This document shows, piece after piece, positions 1-11,164 of a DNA stretch of 64,000 nucleotides. Source of the DNA: Guillardia theta CCMP2712 (lineage: Eukaryota; Protista; Cryptophyta); assembly GCF_000315625.1 (NCBI RefSeq), contig NW_005434638.1:313300-377299 (forward strand), given 5' to 3'. The translations under genes were made by a program, and so were the position numbers. The notes below the pieces were generated by a model, which was not told the DNA's origin, made no database searches, and saw only the letters and a program-made list of their open reading frames with translations. Numbering within the stretch: the stretch's first letter is position 1; each line of letters begins with the position of its first letter.

Positions 1-196
1 GCCTCAAGCAAGAGATCCGCTACATCCGGGATGTGGAGATTGTGAGATTGCAGCGAACGCTCAGTGCAGTACAAGACACCATGGACCATGTGACAAGATC
101 CCTCGCAATGTGGTGTGATGACTCGGCTGACAGGTGCTATCCATCCTCGGCCCCGCCATCGGGGGCTACGGAGTCAGAGAGGATGAGGAGAGCTGA
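1..196 (+). CDS. 3' end of an unknown gene (coiled-coil-like tail), truncated by the window edge
   Basis: Open frame LKQEIRYIRDVEIVRLQRTLSAVQDTMDH, a probable short GT..AG intron, then VLSILGPAIGGYGVREDEES* (TGA 194-196). Confidence 0.35.
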
Positions 197-843
197 AACA
201 TTCTGGTAGAGCACGAAGACGAACGGGCCAGGGAGTCCCGGGGAGGCAGCTAGCATACTGAGCCAGCTGCTAGTAAAACTGCCAAATGTCTGCTGAACCT
301 CCTGCTGAACCCTTCCCGGGTAGTTCCGAAGTTCCCGAAAATGTTTTGATAATGAGCGGGGATGAGGGGAGGTTCTGGAATGATTCGGTGGTCGCCCAAC
401 GGTGGGTACCTGATTGTACTACCCTACCCCCTTTCACAGCTAATTATAGTGTAAAAGCACGGGTAGTGATATGGAATTGTCGTTCTACTCCACCGGTTTC
501 ACCACCGCGACAGAAGGTTTCCCGCCATCGGTTGCGCGCATGCGAGGGGTTTGTGGGTTGACGGAAGAGGGGGAGGAGGAGATGGGCGAGGAGGAACAGA
601 AGCATAACCATGAAATGAGAGCCAATGAGAAAGAGAAGGGCGGAAAGAGCTTACAAGATGAAACTTCTTAGGCATGCGATGATGCATTCTCAACGAATGG
701 AAGAAGCGATTACGCAAGGAGGACAGGAATTTCAGTGCTTTGAGCTCAGATAGGAATGTGCAGACCCTCCCAGACTCTTGTAGCTCTTAGTTGCCTGAAA
801 TGTTGGAAACGCTTTTGACTTTCTATCGTTCTCAGACCTCGTC

Positions 844-2039
844 ATGGCTGGCAACACCAAGTACGATGACACACTCTTCGCCATGATGACTCAGCATGAG
901 AGTGAAATGGAGTTCCTGAACACAATTTTCGGATTTTTGCAACGTAGAACACAATGCTTCAATGGACCGAAGGTCTCCAATGTTTCGCTGCCATGTCCAT
1001 GGCATGACTTTCTCAACAGGCGGAAAACAACTTTCAGACGCTCATCAACACGCTCTCCCACCAGCTGGACGTTTACCGGAAAGCAGAGTATAAGAAGCAG
1101 CAGGGGATCGACGAAGATGACGAGGAGCTGAAGAAAATCGAAGAGGAGAAGAAAAAGAAGCAGCTTGCAGAAGAAAAAGCCGCTAAAGAGGTTCCTAAAA
1201 TAATTGTAACTCGCTGATTCCTGCCTGACGCTTGACCAGGCCAGGGAGCTGGCAGAGGCACGAAAGAAGGAGCAGGCGGAACGTGAAAAGTTGCGCAAAG
1301 CCAAAGAAGAAAGGGGAGAAATACCCAAAGAGCCTGAAGAACCCAAGGATAAGGAATCCGAAGACGAAGATGAAGGCGAAGACAATAAGGGGGCCAAGCC
1401 GATATCCAACGGAGGAGTCACGGACAAATACACCTGGACTCAGACGCTGTCGGAAGTGCAAGTAATCATCGATTCCCAGAAGCTAGGGTTGCCGCCTGGA
1501 GTTCCATTGAAATCTCGTGATCTTACGGTCTCGTTGACAAAGAAGAAGCTCAAGATTCAGTTGAAGGGGAAGGAGCCTCTTGTGGATGGTGAGCTTCATA
1601 AGGAGGTCAAGACTGACACTTTCATCTGGACTATCGGTGATGCTTCATTTCTCTTCTATTCCCCCCGAACTTTCGCTGAAACATGTTTCATCACAGAGGA
1701 TGCGAACCGGCTGGTGTTGAGCATGGACAAAGAGAACGGGATGGAATGGTGGAAATGCGTGATTATTGGAGACCCAGAGATCAACACTCGTAAAGTAGAG
1801 CCGGAGAACTCGTCGCTTTCAGATTTGGATGGCGATACTCGACAAACTGTTGAGAAGATGATGTTTGATCAGCGGCAAAAGGCAATGGGTCTTCCTACCA
1901 GGTAAGATCTCTCCTTTGATGTCCCGCTGTACCAGACTGACCATTCGATCATAGTGAAGAGCAGAAGAAACAAGACATGCTCAAGAAATTTATGGAGCAA
2001 CATCCAGAAATGGACTTTTCAAAGTGCAAGTTTAACTAG
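844..2039 (+). CDS. NUDC: Nuclear distribution protein C (NudC family, CS/p23 domain), multi-exon
   Basis: N-terminal [25 protein letters not shown]; CS domain [28 protein letters not shown]; C-terminal [69 protein letters not shown]. Introns include 973-1019 and 1191-1239. Confidence 0.95.
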
Positions 2040-2940
2040 ATCTGCTCGATGTCATAATAAAAGTGAAGTTAAGACACTCAAATCTTTGATGTGAAATGAT
2101 TGCACGAATAGAAATTATGATTGCACGAAGAGAAATTGAAACTGTGCAAACACATACTCTTCGATGTTGCCCTAGCCAACAGTTGAGTTTCCTCACAATC
2201 ATTGAATCCTTCATCAACTTGCTCTGGCTGTTTAGAAAGATGTTTCATTCCAAATGAACAAATCTCTCTTTAAAAAAATAAGGAAGAAAAGCGTCAATGG
2301 GATTCTGAGGTGCTTTGAGCGTGCAGCTGCAGAAACCAACTGCTCAATCATGTCAATACGGAGAAATGTACGGCAACTCCTTCACAGCTTTCCCGTGTCT
2401 GTATTCGACTGAATTTCCAGTTTTCTCATCAATCAGCATCACATCATTGCTGTAAGAGACATGAGAAGCCCACTTACTCTGCACAACAATCGTCAGAAGA
2501 CCCTCGGCAGTCGACAACAAGGCAATTAATTACCTGCTTCAACGATTCCATGAGTGGTTGGGAGGACTCTTGGAGAGTGCGGACACACATCTCGAACACC
2601 ATTTCAACAGCAGGCGGAAAGACGGCAGGGAAGCTCTTGATATACACGAGGAGAAGCGCTCAAGCAAGTCAAGGAAAGGACAGACTCCTTCCTCCTGCCA
2701 TGCAGGACACCAACCCGAAATAGCTAATCATTACACAATCCGCCTCAGATACCTCCACCCCTACCGTCTGAACATTGCAATTCCCATGGCTACCCCTACT
2801 ATCATATAGTAACATTACCCCTGTTTGTTCACCCCCACCTCCTACAAAAACCTTCACCCTTCACCCCTGCCAAATGGCTTGAAATCACCCCTCCCCGCCT
2901 CCTTCTGAAATCTCTGGTCGTCCAAGAAGGCGGATCCTGC

Positions 2941-4141
2941 ATGGAACGAGTCGAAGCGCTGGCAAGGCAGATGCAGGTTACCACCACCTCCTCCTCCTAC
3001 TCCACCTTCCCCCCCCCCCCCCCCCCTTTCACCACCACCACCCTCCTCCTTCTATGCCACGACCACCACCTCCTCCTCCTCCTACTACTACTACTACTAC
3101 CTATTACAACTACTACTAAGGATGCCAACTCATGCACCTCCTCCTCCTCCTCCTCCTCCCATGCCACCACCATCACCATCACCACCACTTCCTCCTCCCC
3201 CACCCCTCCCCTCCTTCATATACCACCACTGCCACCACTTCCTCCTCCTCCTCCTCCTAATTCCCCTCCTCTCCCTCCTCCTATACCACCACTGCCACCA
3301 CTTCCTCCTCCTCCTCCTCCTAATTCCCGTTCTCCCCCTCCTCCTATACCACCACCACCACCTCCTCCTCTTCTTCGTAAGTTCTCTTCCTAGTGTTGAC
3401 ATTCCCATACTATCCTCATCCTCCAATCGGATTTTGACTTGTATTCATCTCACCTCTAAAGTCACATGTATTGTTTCCCGCACATTACTCTCGTGCTTCC
3501 TGAGATCCCTGATCAGCATGACTGACCTGCACCCCCAGCAACCAGCGCCGATGCCGAATCCTGGAAAGAGACCACCCATCACTTCGCATGTCCTGGACTG
3601 TGGAGTTGGAAGGTGAACAGATCTCCCCCTGTCTTAGACTGAGAGCTACGGTCAGACCAGCCGCCGACCTCCTCGTCGTCCTCGAGCAGAAAGTTGCGAA
3701 CCAATGGCAGGAGGTTCCTTTCATTCTCCCCCGGCATGGGGACCTCTGACCGCAACCACTCTCTGGTAGATCGGTCGAGACAAAACCAACTCTGATGGAA
3801 GGTGTCCTAAGGTACTACTACATTTTGCTATGATGGCACGTCTGATCTCCTCTTCCTTCCTCCCTCTTCCTTGCCCTCTCATGATCTCTGCAGCTCCTCT
3901 CTGTGGACCACAAGCTGCAGCCAGGGATCTACCGCTGCACGTTCGACACGGCAGGATATTATGCTGCAAGTGGAGGGACTTGCTTCTACCCTGAAGTCAC
4001 CATCGCCTTTGTAAGCTGTGGCCCCTCTGTCTCCTTCTCCGCACTCACAGGTATCGTCAGGAGATCGTCAATGTCAACGAGCACTATCACATCCCTCTAC
4101 TGCTGAATCAGTATGGCTACAGCACGTACCGAGGCAGTTAA
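2941..4141 (+). CDS. URAH: 5-hydroxyisourate hydrolase (transthyretin-like), multi-exon
   Basis: Spliced product [12 protein letters not shown]|[77 protein letters not shown]. The diagnostic HVLD, DGR and C-terminal YRGS motifs are present. Confidence 0.95.
2977..3538 (+). repeat. Expanded intron 1 of HIU hydrolase with CCT/CCA/CTA microsatellites and a ~63-bp tandem unit (~3220-3365)
   Basis: GTTACC donor at 2977, CTGAC branch and CCCCAG acceptor at 3538; low-complexity C-rich content. Confidence 0.8.
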
Positions 4142-7100
4142 CTAGTTTACATGGCTCCTTGGCTGGCGAGGATGGACAGCATTGCGTCGGACTGCACGAG
4201 GGAATGAGGTCGAGGATCGAAGAGGCAGGAAACGTACCGATTGGGAGAGAGGGATAGCCTCCGTTCTGAGGTCCAGCGCTGCAAGGAAGCCCTCTCTCTC
4301 TTTCGCTACCACTGACATCTGCAACAACAGAATAAACAACTCTGATCGTGTCAGCGTGCAGTAGTCGAGGACCTGCTCCTCGCTCAAGGCTTGCAGCTTG
4401 ATCAGCTCGTCGATGATCTCCACCTCTCGTTTCTTCTCCGCCCGCTGCTTCACAGCTTCCTCGTCGTATCGCATGTACTTCTTCAACGCTTCCCTCTCAT
4501 CTCCTTCCTCCCTTGACAGCGCGTACAAGTCCGCTGCCTTGGTTTTCATAGGAAGGCTCTCTCTTCCGTCGATGATCCTCATCAGGTCCTCGTGGTTCTG
4601 TCGCTCCGTAAACTTGCTCTCCTGCTCCTCCTGGGATTTCCCGGAGAGGATCTCCGGGCGTTCCAGAAGAATGTCGCTGTACGCTTTGAACGAGATCTCA
4701 GCTACCTTGACGGTCCCCTGGCAGCGGAGGGTACACGGCCATGGCTCTCCGAAGAAGAGCTGTCTCTCTCCAACGACGCTCTTTGGCTCCTGAATGTGTC
4801 CGAGGATTGTTCCGTATTGCTCTAGAGCAATCAGGCCAAGCTCCTTGTTCAGCTTCCGAACAGTGAATGCCTCCTCCGCCTCCTCCGCCTCCTCCTCCGA
4901 GGAAGGTTCGGACGGGTGTGATTTGGGCGTCATGGGAGCCTTTCCCTTACTCAGCAGAGCCTCGAGCGAATTCTTCTTGGGCTCCCGCTGCTGGGACTCG
5001 GTCAGCCTGTGCACGACCAAGGTCCCAGCAAGCAGTATGTACAAGGAACGAGCTCTCCTTCCGTCCTGCTCCTCATCCTCTCCCTGGTGGGCCAGGACCG
5101 AAGACGGCTGCAGCACAAGCACCTGGCTCGCTTCTGCCAGCCTCCTCCTCTCGTGACTGTAGAGATGCTTGAAGAGGTACGAGGAGCAGGTGTCGATCGA
5201 CTCGATCAGAGGCTGCACGAGGGACTCACTCATTTTCTTGATCTCGATTTCTCTCCACCCCGGGCTGTTATGATCGACAGCAGGAACGAACTTCTCAAAG
5301 TGTTTCTTGTAGATCTTCTCAAACTCGGGCAGCAGGTGGGGATATCTCATCGTGAAGTACTGTCGTGCTGTGATGAATTTCCCGCTCCCAGCATACAAGG
5401 GTCTTCTTTCCAGCTGGATGTTCTGACAAGTGAAGTCACCTCGTGACTCAGGTACATGTTGCAGTGAAAACCTTTCCAGAAGTTAAGAGGTCGCCGACCT
5501 TGATGTACATTTGCTGCCCCTGAAAGACCTTCTCGGTGAAGTGCAGTTCCGCTACAGCATCGGTTCCCTGACATTTACAGAGTTAGCACTCGTACTTGGC
5601 ATTTCGAGCAACACTTGCCTCTGGGACGACATCTCCTATCGCAACAAAGCAAGCTTCACCTTCCTCAAGCTCTGAAAGCTCATCCTTCAGCTTCACAACT
5701 CCAGTTGTTACACTCACTGTCAGATTGAACTATCTTCCTGTGCCCGTAGCCATCGCGTATCTTGATCGCATACCCTTCACAGCGTATGTCAGCAAGTGTG
5801 CTTCTGCCTCAAATGCTTCACCTCGCACGCTAGCAGTCGGGACATCGAGCTCGACGTACTTGTAGCCTGGCAGAATCTTCTTGGCGACAGGCTCAGAGCC
5901 CTTGAGCAACGCCAGGACCTCATCCTAAGAGAACCGTCAGGTGCTAGACTGATCTCAGTCTGTCGACTTACCCGAGCACCCGATGACTCCCTCACGGAAA
6001 AGATAGGCGAGGCGATGGGTGTTGAGCGAGCGCGGAGGGGGGAGTGAAGCGATCTCGATGGGTCGCCTCTCCAGAACGTCGCGTCCTCTAGCGCTGGCTC
6101 GACTGACATCGGAGAGAAAGGCACCTGCCTCACGCCGCTCGTGAACGTGTTGTTCAAGGAGGAGAGGTTCTGGGGTTCAGGGCTGGCGTTGGACTTGGGA
6201 TACAAGATGTCCTACGTGACTAGGTCAGGGCCCTTGGCACGCGGAGGACTTGGCAACCTTGAAGGGTCTTGTCTTGAGTCTGATGGATCCCGCCTCTTGG
6301 TGTGACGAGCAGACGCTGCTCACGGCTCGATTGAACGTCACGCTCACGATCTCTCCCCATCTGCTGTCGTGAGGAGCCTGAGGCTTCCGCTCTGATGACT
6401 CGGGTCTTGGCAGCCATGTCAGAGGTCGTCAGAGCTTCAACTTCATCCCTCACCTTCGAAATCGATCGCCGTCCTGTTTGACTCTTTGAGAACTTTGCTT
6501 GACATTATCGGACTTGTCAGCATTTTTAAGGATGGTGCTCGTGATGTTCAAGTCTGTCATCGGAAAGTTTCCAGCCCATCCTTGCTTTCGGCGCTAGAGC
6601 TACAAGTAAAGAGATTGGATGCAGCTTGATGATATTGATCTCACCTGATTCGAGCTCGAGATGTTTCCTACTATCACTGACTTCCAGATGTTCTCCATTT
6701 TCTCTTTCAGCCCCGGTCGGTACCCTCCGCCAGCTCCTTTCTGAGACATCGTGATGGTGGGGATGAATCGGTCCAAGAAAACCATGACTCTGAACTCGCA
6801 CTTGTCTACCCCGCTCATCATCTGCACGTGATACTTCCCCAGCGTGTAGTTGTTGTCAGTCGGCAGAACTTTCAGGTTCGTTTTTACATGCCAAACACAT
6901 TTGTCTTTGGTAGGATACCCCAGCTCTGGGATGCGGATGTCCGGGGTGATGAAGCAATCTGGGTTTCCTTGGTCGACAGCAAGAGAGATTGCAAGGTAAT
7001 GTGGCACGAAACTTCTCTTGTTTCCAGCGTTCAGAACTTTCATGTCAGACACATCGATCAAAAATTCTTTCGCGTCGTATTCTAACAAGCACATGGTCAG

Positions 7101-7653
7101 TAAAGCGGGAGGCTTAGGAGTCATCTCACTCTCTAGGGTGACCAAAAGTCCATCTTTCTTGTTGATAGGAATTTTCTCTGTTGTTTTCGTGCTCAGCCCC
7201 TTCTTTGCCTGATTGACCAACATTCACTTCTCAAGCCATTGATACAGCAACACACCTTCAGTTTCATGTATTCTTTATCGATCTGAGCAGTCTGACTGTC
7301 CTCTAGAGGAGCACTTATGTTGATCGATTCGTTAGGTCTAGCAGCTGTGCTCTTCATCTTCACCCTTCTGAACCCGCTCTGTGTGACTGTCGTGAACATA
7401 GAACGGTGCCTAGACCTGAAAGTTGAGATTTGAGTTTCTCCAATTTGTTCAACACAAACATGGCAAGGAGCAGCATGTGAGCACTTACTGTGCCTCTTGA
7501 AATCTGATTCGTTTCCTGATGCCTCGGGCAATATCTTTAGCTCCAAGAATGCTCTGGTAACATATTGAGAACTTCGAATCGTGAAGCAAGGAGCTCTCAC
7601 GCCGAAGTCAAACTCTTCCGATGTCCTTCGTGAGCTTCTTCCTTTCTTCGTCA
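4142..7653 (-). CDS. Cyclic-nucleotide-binding (cNMP) domain protein, multi-exon; both ends uncertain
   Basis: Large exon 4142-5398 carries VLAHQGED..SLYILLAGTLVVH and VGERQLFFGEPWPCTLRCQGTVKVAEISFKAY, a split CNB-fold pattern. Upstream minus ORFs (5789-6205, 6600-7223, 7193-7807) look like further exons. Confidence 0.55.
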
Positions 7654-8560
7654 TCTGAATACTTCCTCGCCTGCTCGTTGCTCCTTCCTCCTCATCCTCC
7701 TCTCCTCCTTCCCCCTCCCCCTCCCCACCTCCCCCAGCTGGTGCTCCACTTGCTTGCATAGGACGACCACAGCAACCGTTCCTGACCACCCCTACCCCCT
7801 CCCTCACTCTCCTAATAACAAAAACAACGAAAATACCCTATATCTTCGTACTACCCTCTTGACTTCAGTACCCCTTTTAATTCCATTAAAAGTACCCCTG
7901 AATGACTTAAGCAAAAAAGGGATGCTACCGGTAAAAATCACCTTGTAAAACCCTCCAGGGGAGCGGATCTGAAAGCCTTCAAGATGGGGGTGGGTGTACC
8001 CACAGTACCCGTAGCCCAATATGGGGTTGGTGAAGTTTCACCAATCGATGGTGGGTCAATCTCTGATTACCGGTATCTAATACATGCAAAACACGGACTT
8101 TGATACGGGTAGGTAGCGGAAGCTGGAGGAGGGGGAGGGGTTTTTCCGTTTGTCAGAGCATGGAGGGTGGGGTAGTCACAGGACCTCAAAGGGTTTGGGG
8201 GCAATACCGGTGTGCAATGGAACTGGGACGGCGATGGAAAGGAGGAGGGGGGGAGAGGAGGAGTGGGGGAGGAGAGGAGACGATGGAAAATGAATGAAGA
8301 CAACTCCGCAACAGTGAAAAGTTTTCACATTGAACAACAGACAATGATGCTCCTGAAGTATAAGATATTCAGTTGCATGGTGCGGGCGGCGGTTGAACGC
8401 GACGTTGAAATGTCACGATAAATACCTGCAGTCCATAGCAGCCAGCACACCTTGTCGAAAGTCAAGTGAAACCAAGTTCATCCCATTGCTTGTTTCCAAG
8501 AGGAAAGCGTTCCGAAGTGAATCGAATTGCTGTTTGAAGAGTGCATAAGTTTCATTTACG

Positions 8561-10905
8561 ATGCCTATCTTCGTTGGACACAACTCTAATCGTATTGTGA
8601 ACGAGTCCATGGCTCAAATGGAGAATTCTGAAGGTACACATGACTGGATAGTTACGCATGAGTGTTGACTAGCTGGAGCAGGAACACGAGTGGGGCGAAT
8701 GACAAGGTTTGCCTCGTTCAGAACACGGATCACAGCACACAAGATCGAGAACCCAGATGTAGGGGTGAGATTGCTTCTCGACGTGTGTTGTTACATGTTG
8801 ACATGGATACCCAAGAGTCCTCTGTGGAAATTCCTGGAAGACAACGACTCTAGCAAAGCTGCCTGGTGGTGGTCCATCCTCTCTATCTGCGTCATTGCAA
8901 TCAACTCTGTATCATTCGTCGTGGAGAGCCAGCCCAACTTGTGAGAACCGTGCCCGACGACCCATCTCCTCTAGTTGTTGATGATTGCTCAACGAATCAT
9001 CTCTTCTTCTCCTCTTCTTCTTGATGATTGCTGAACGAATCATCTCTTCTCCTCCTCTTCTTCTTGATGATTGCTGAACGAATCATCTCTTCATTTCTAG
9101 TTGTTGATGGTTGTGCAGCTGCTGTGGTAACTACACCCTGATCTGGGACATCATCAACTGGGTTTGCCTTGGATTCTTCACGATCGAGTACGGGCTTCGG
9201 TTCTATTCGTGCCCGCTGTCGTATGGCTTGACCGGACCAAGGATGAGGGAAGCTGCTGTGTACGATCAGATGAAGGAAACTGGCAAGGTAGAGTCCATAT
9301 TGCCTTGTCCTCACCTCATGTTGTGCATCGCAGTACAAGAGTGCTATTTTCTGGCAGTTCCTTGTGAGATCGCGGATTCGTTTCTTCCTGAATTTTCAAA
9401 ATCTGATCGACATCACGGCAATCCTTCCATTCTACGTGCAGCTCATGGTAGGTGAAGTGAACGTTGACATCAGTGGCTGACGAATATTGTCTGCAAGCTG
9501 ACAAACCCCGGTCCTGGGCTGAGATTTATTAGAGTCATACGTATTGTGCGTATCTTCCGACTGCTGAAGATTGGCAAGTACTCCAAGGGACTGAAGCTCT
9601 TGATGAACACGATGAAGAAGAGCATGAAAGCTCTGAGCTCCCTGGCTCTAGTGATGATACTCCTGGTTGTCATCATGTCAACGATCATATGGATGCTTGA
9701 GAGAGGGGTGTGGTGCGATGAAAGCAACAATTACTGCAGCGGATCAGGAGTCGATGAAGAAGGGAATTTCACTGCTGGATGGTATTACTACGTAGGAGCG
9801 TTTCAAGGATCGACGTACTCGGAGGGCTGCAGCACTGCTCCCTACTGCAGACAGCCGAGCAAGTTCACGAGCATCTTCCCATCAACTTGTACGGCCCTCC
9901 TGTGATGTCAGAGACTTGTACTGACACAGGTATGACAGACTGGACCCTCACAACCATCACAACTACCGGTACTTGAGTGCTCTGCCACCCTCCATGTGCT
10001 CATTCTGGCTCCTCAGGGTACGGGGATATGTACCCTCACACCCCTACCGGGAAGGTGCTCGGTTGTATCGTCATGCTGGCGGGACTTTTGCTTCTTGCCC
10101 TGCCGGTCACGGTGATGACCATCGTGCTCGATGATCGAATGCATGCTGAACGCGCTTGTTTGCCGGCGTCAGGTCATCAGCGGCAACTTTGCAACGGAGT
10201 ATGCCTCGGAAGAGTTGATCCGGCTGGTGAAGGAGGAGAAGAAGCAGAAACAGCTGGAGGAGATTCAAAGATGGGAGCAAGAGTTTGATCATTCCATGAG
10301 CCAGGCGCCGGCATCCTTCGCTCGGTACTGTCACTCTCCCTCTCTCCTCCTGCCATTGTTGTTTCTCACAGTGAACGCGACAGGGGCAACCGCATGCTCT
10401 CCATGCCCGTAACTCCCACATGTACAAGTTTGACGAAGACGTCTGTGGACCTGACTTGTCTCCCAGCAAACACCGCCTCTTTCGTCTCACCGTCCAATGG
10501 CACGCACAACGAGGATGAATCTGCTGAAGAGAATCTAGGAGAGAATCATCATTCGAACGGCAGAGCACCCATCAAGTCGCTCTCCATGCCGACGGACCTG
10601 ATCCTCTCCGCGCCTTCACCAGAGCTGTATGTCATCGGCAAACGCTTTGGGGACGAAAGTGATCCACAGGGTGCTTCTCTCCTCCCTCCTCCTCCTCCCA
10701 GAGTTCGACTCGGAAGCGTGGACTTCAGCGACCAGATCAACGAGTTGATGCGCCAGCATCTCAACTTGCTCATGGCAGAGCTCGAGGTGAGGACGATTGA
10801 CCCCCTGGCCCTCCCCTGACATGTCGCCCTCAGGACCTGCTGGTCGAGAAAACCAAGGACATAGTGTCGGCCGTGTTGGAGGAGGAGGCCAAGGCTGAGC
10901 CCTGA
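8561..10905 (+). CDS. Voltage-gated potassium channel (6TM Kv-like), multi-exon
   Basis: S1 WSILSICVIAINSVSFVVESQP; S2 CLGFFTIEYGLRF; S3 NLIDITAILPFYV; S4 LRFIRVIRIVRIFRLLKIGKYSKGL; pore WTLTTITTTGYGDMYP (split by intron 9969-10016); S6 AGLLLLALPVTVISGNF; stop TGA 10903-10905. Confidence 0.92.
8978..9092 (+). repeat. Three ~42-bp tandem units in a Kv channel intron, each with a GATGATT-N8-AATCATC hairpin
   Basis: tgatgattgct(c/g)aacgaatcatctcttc occurs three times. Confidence 0.85.
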
Positions 10906-11164
10906 CGGGAAGGAGTCTAGGGGCACAAACTTGTAACATAACTTGTTGGTCATCCTTTGGATGAGATTTTCGCTGAATTTGTTAAATTTCCGAGGGAAAG
11001 AAGTTGGAGTTTCACTGATTGCAAGGAGGATGGAAACGAAAATCAGGTTCAATCTGTGTCTGAGCCAATGGGGAAGCGAAAGCACATCAGCCTAGCTGCT
11101 TCAGCGGCTACTTGTCCTTTATTGTACAAAGATGTCAGGAGCACGTCTTCGCATTCAACGCTTT

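Noticed and set aside
290-312. CTGCTGAAC tandem that also appears at ~63587-63613
   Set aside because: These are short independent slippage repeats 63 kb apart, with no evidence of element termini.
2997-3616. Poly-Pro/extensin-like ORFs (also 36096-36734, 44769-45572 and 51826-52304)
   Set aside because: They are translations of intronic or intergenic microsatellites.
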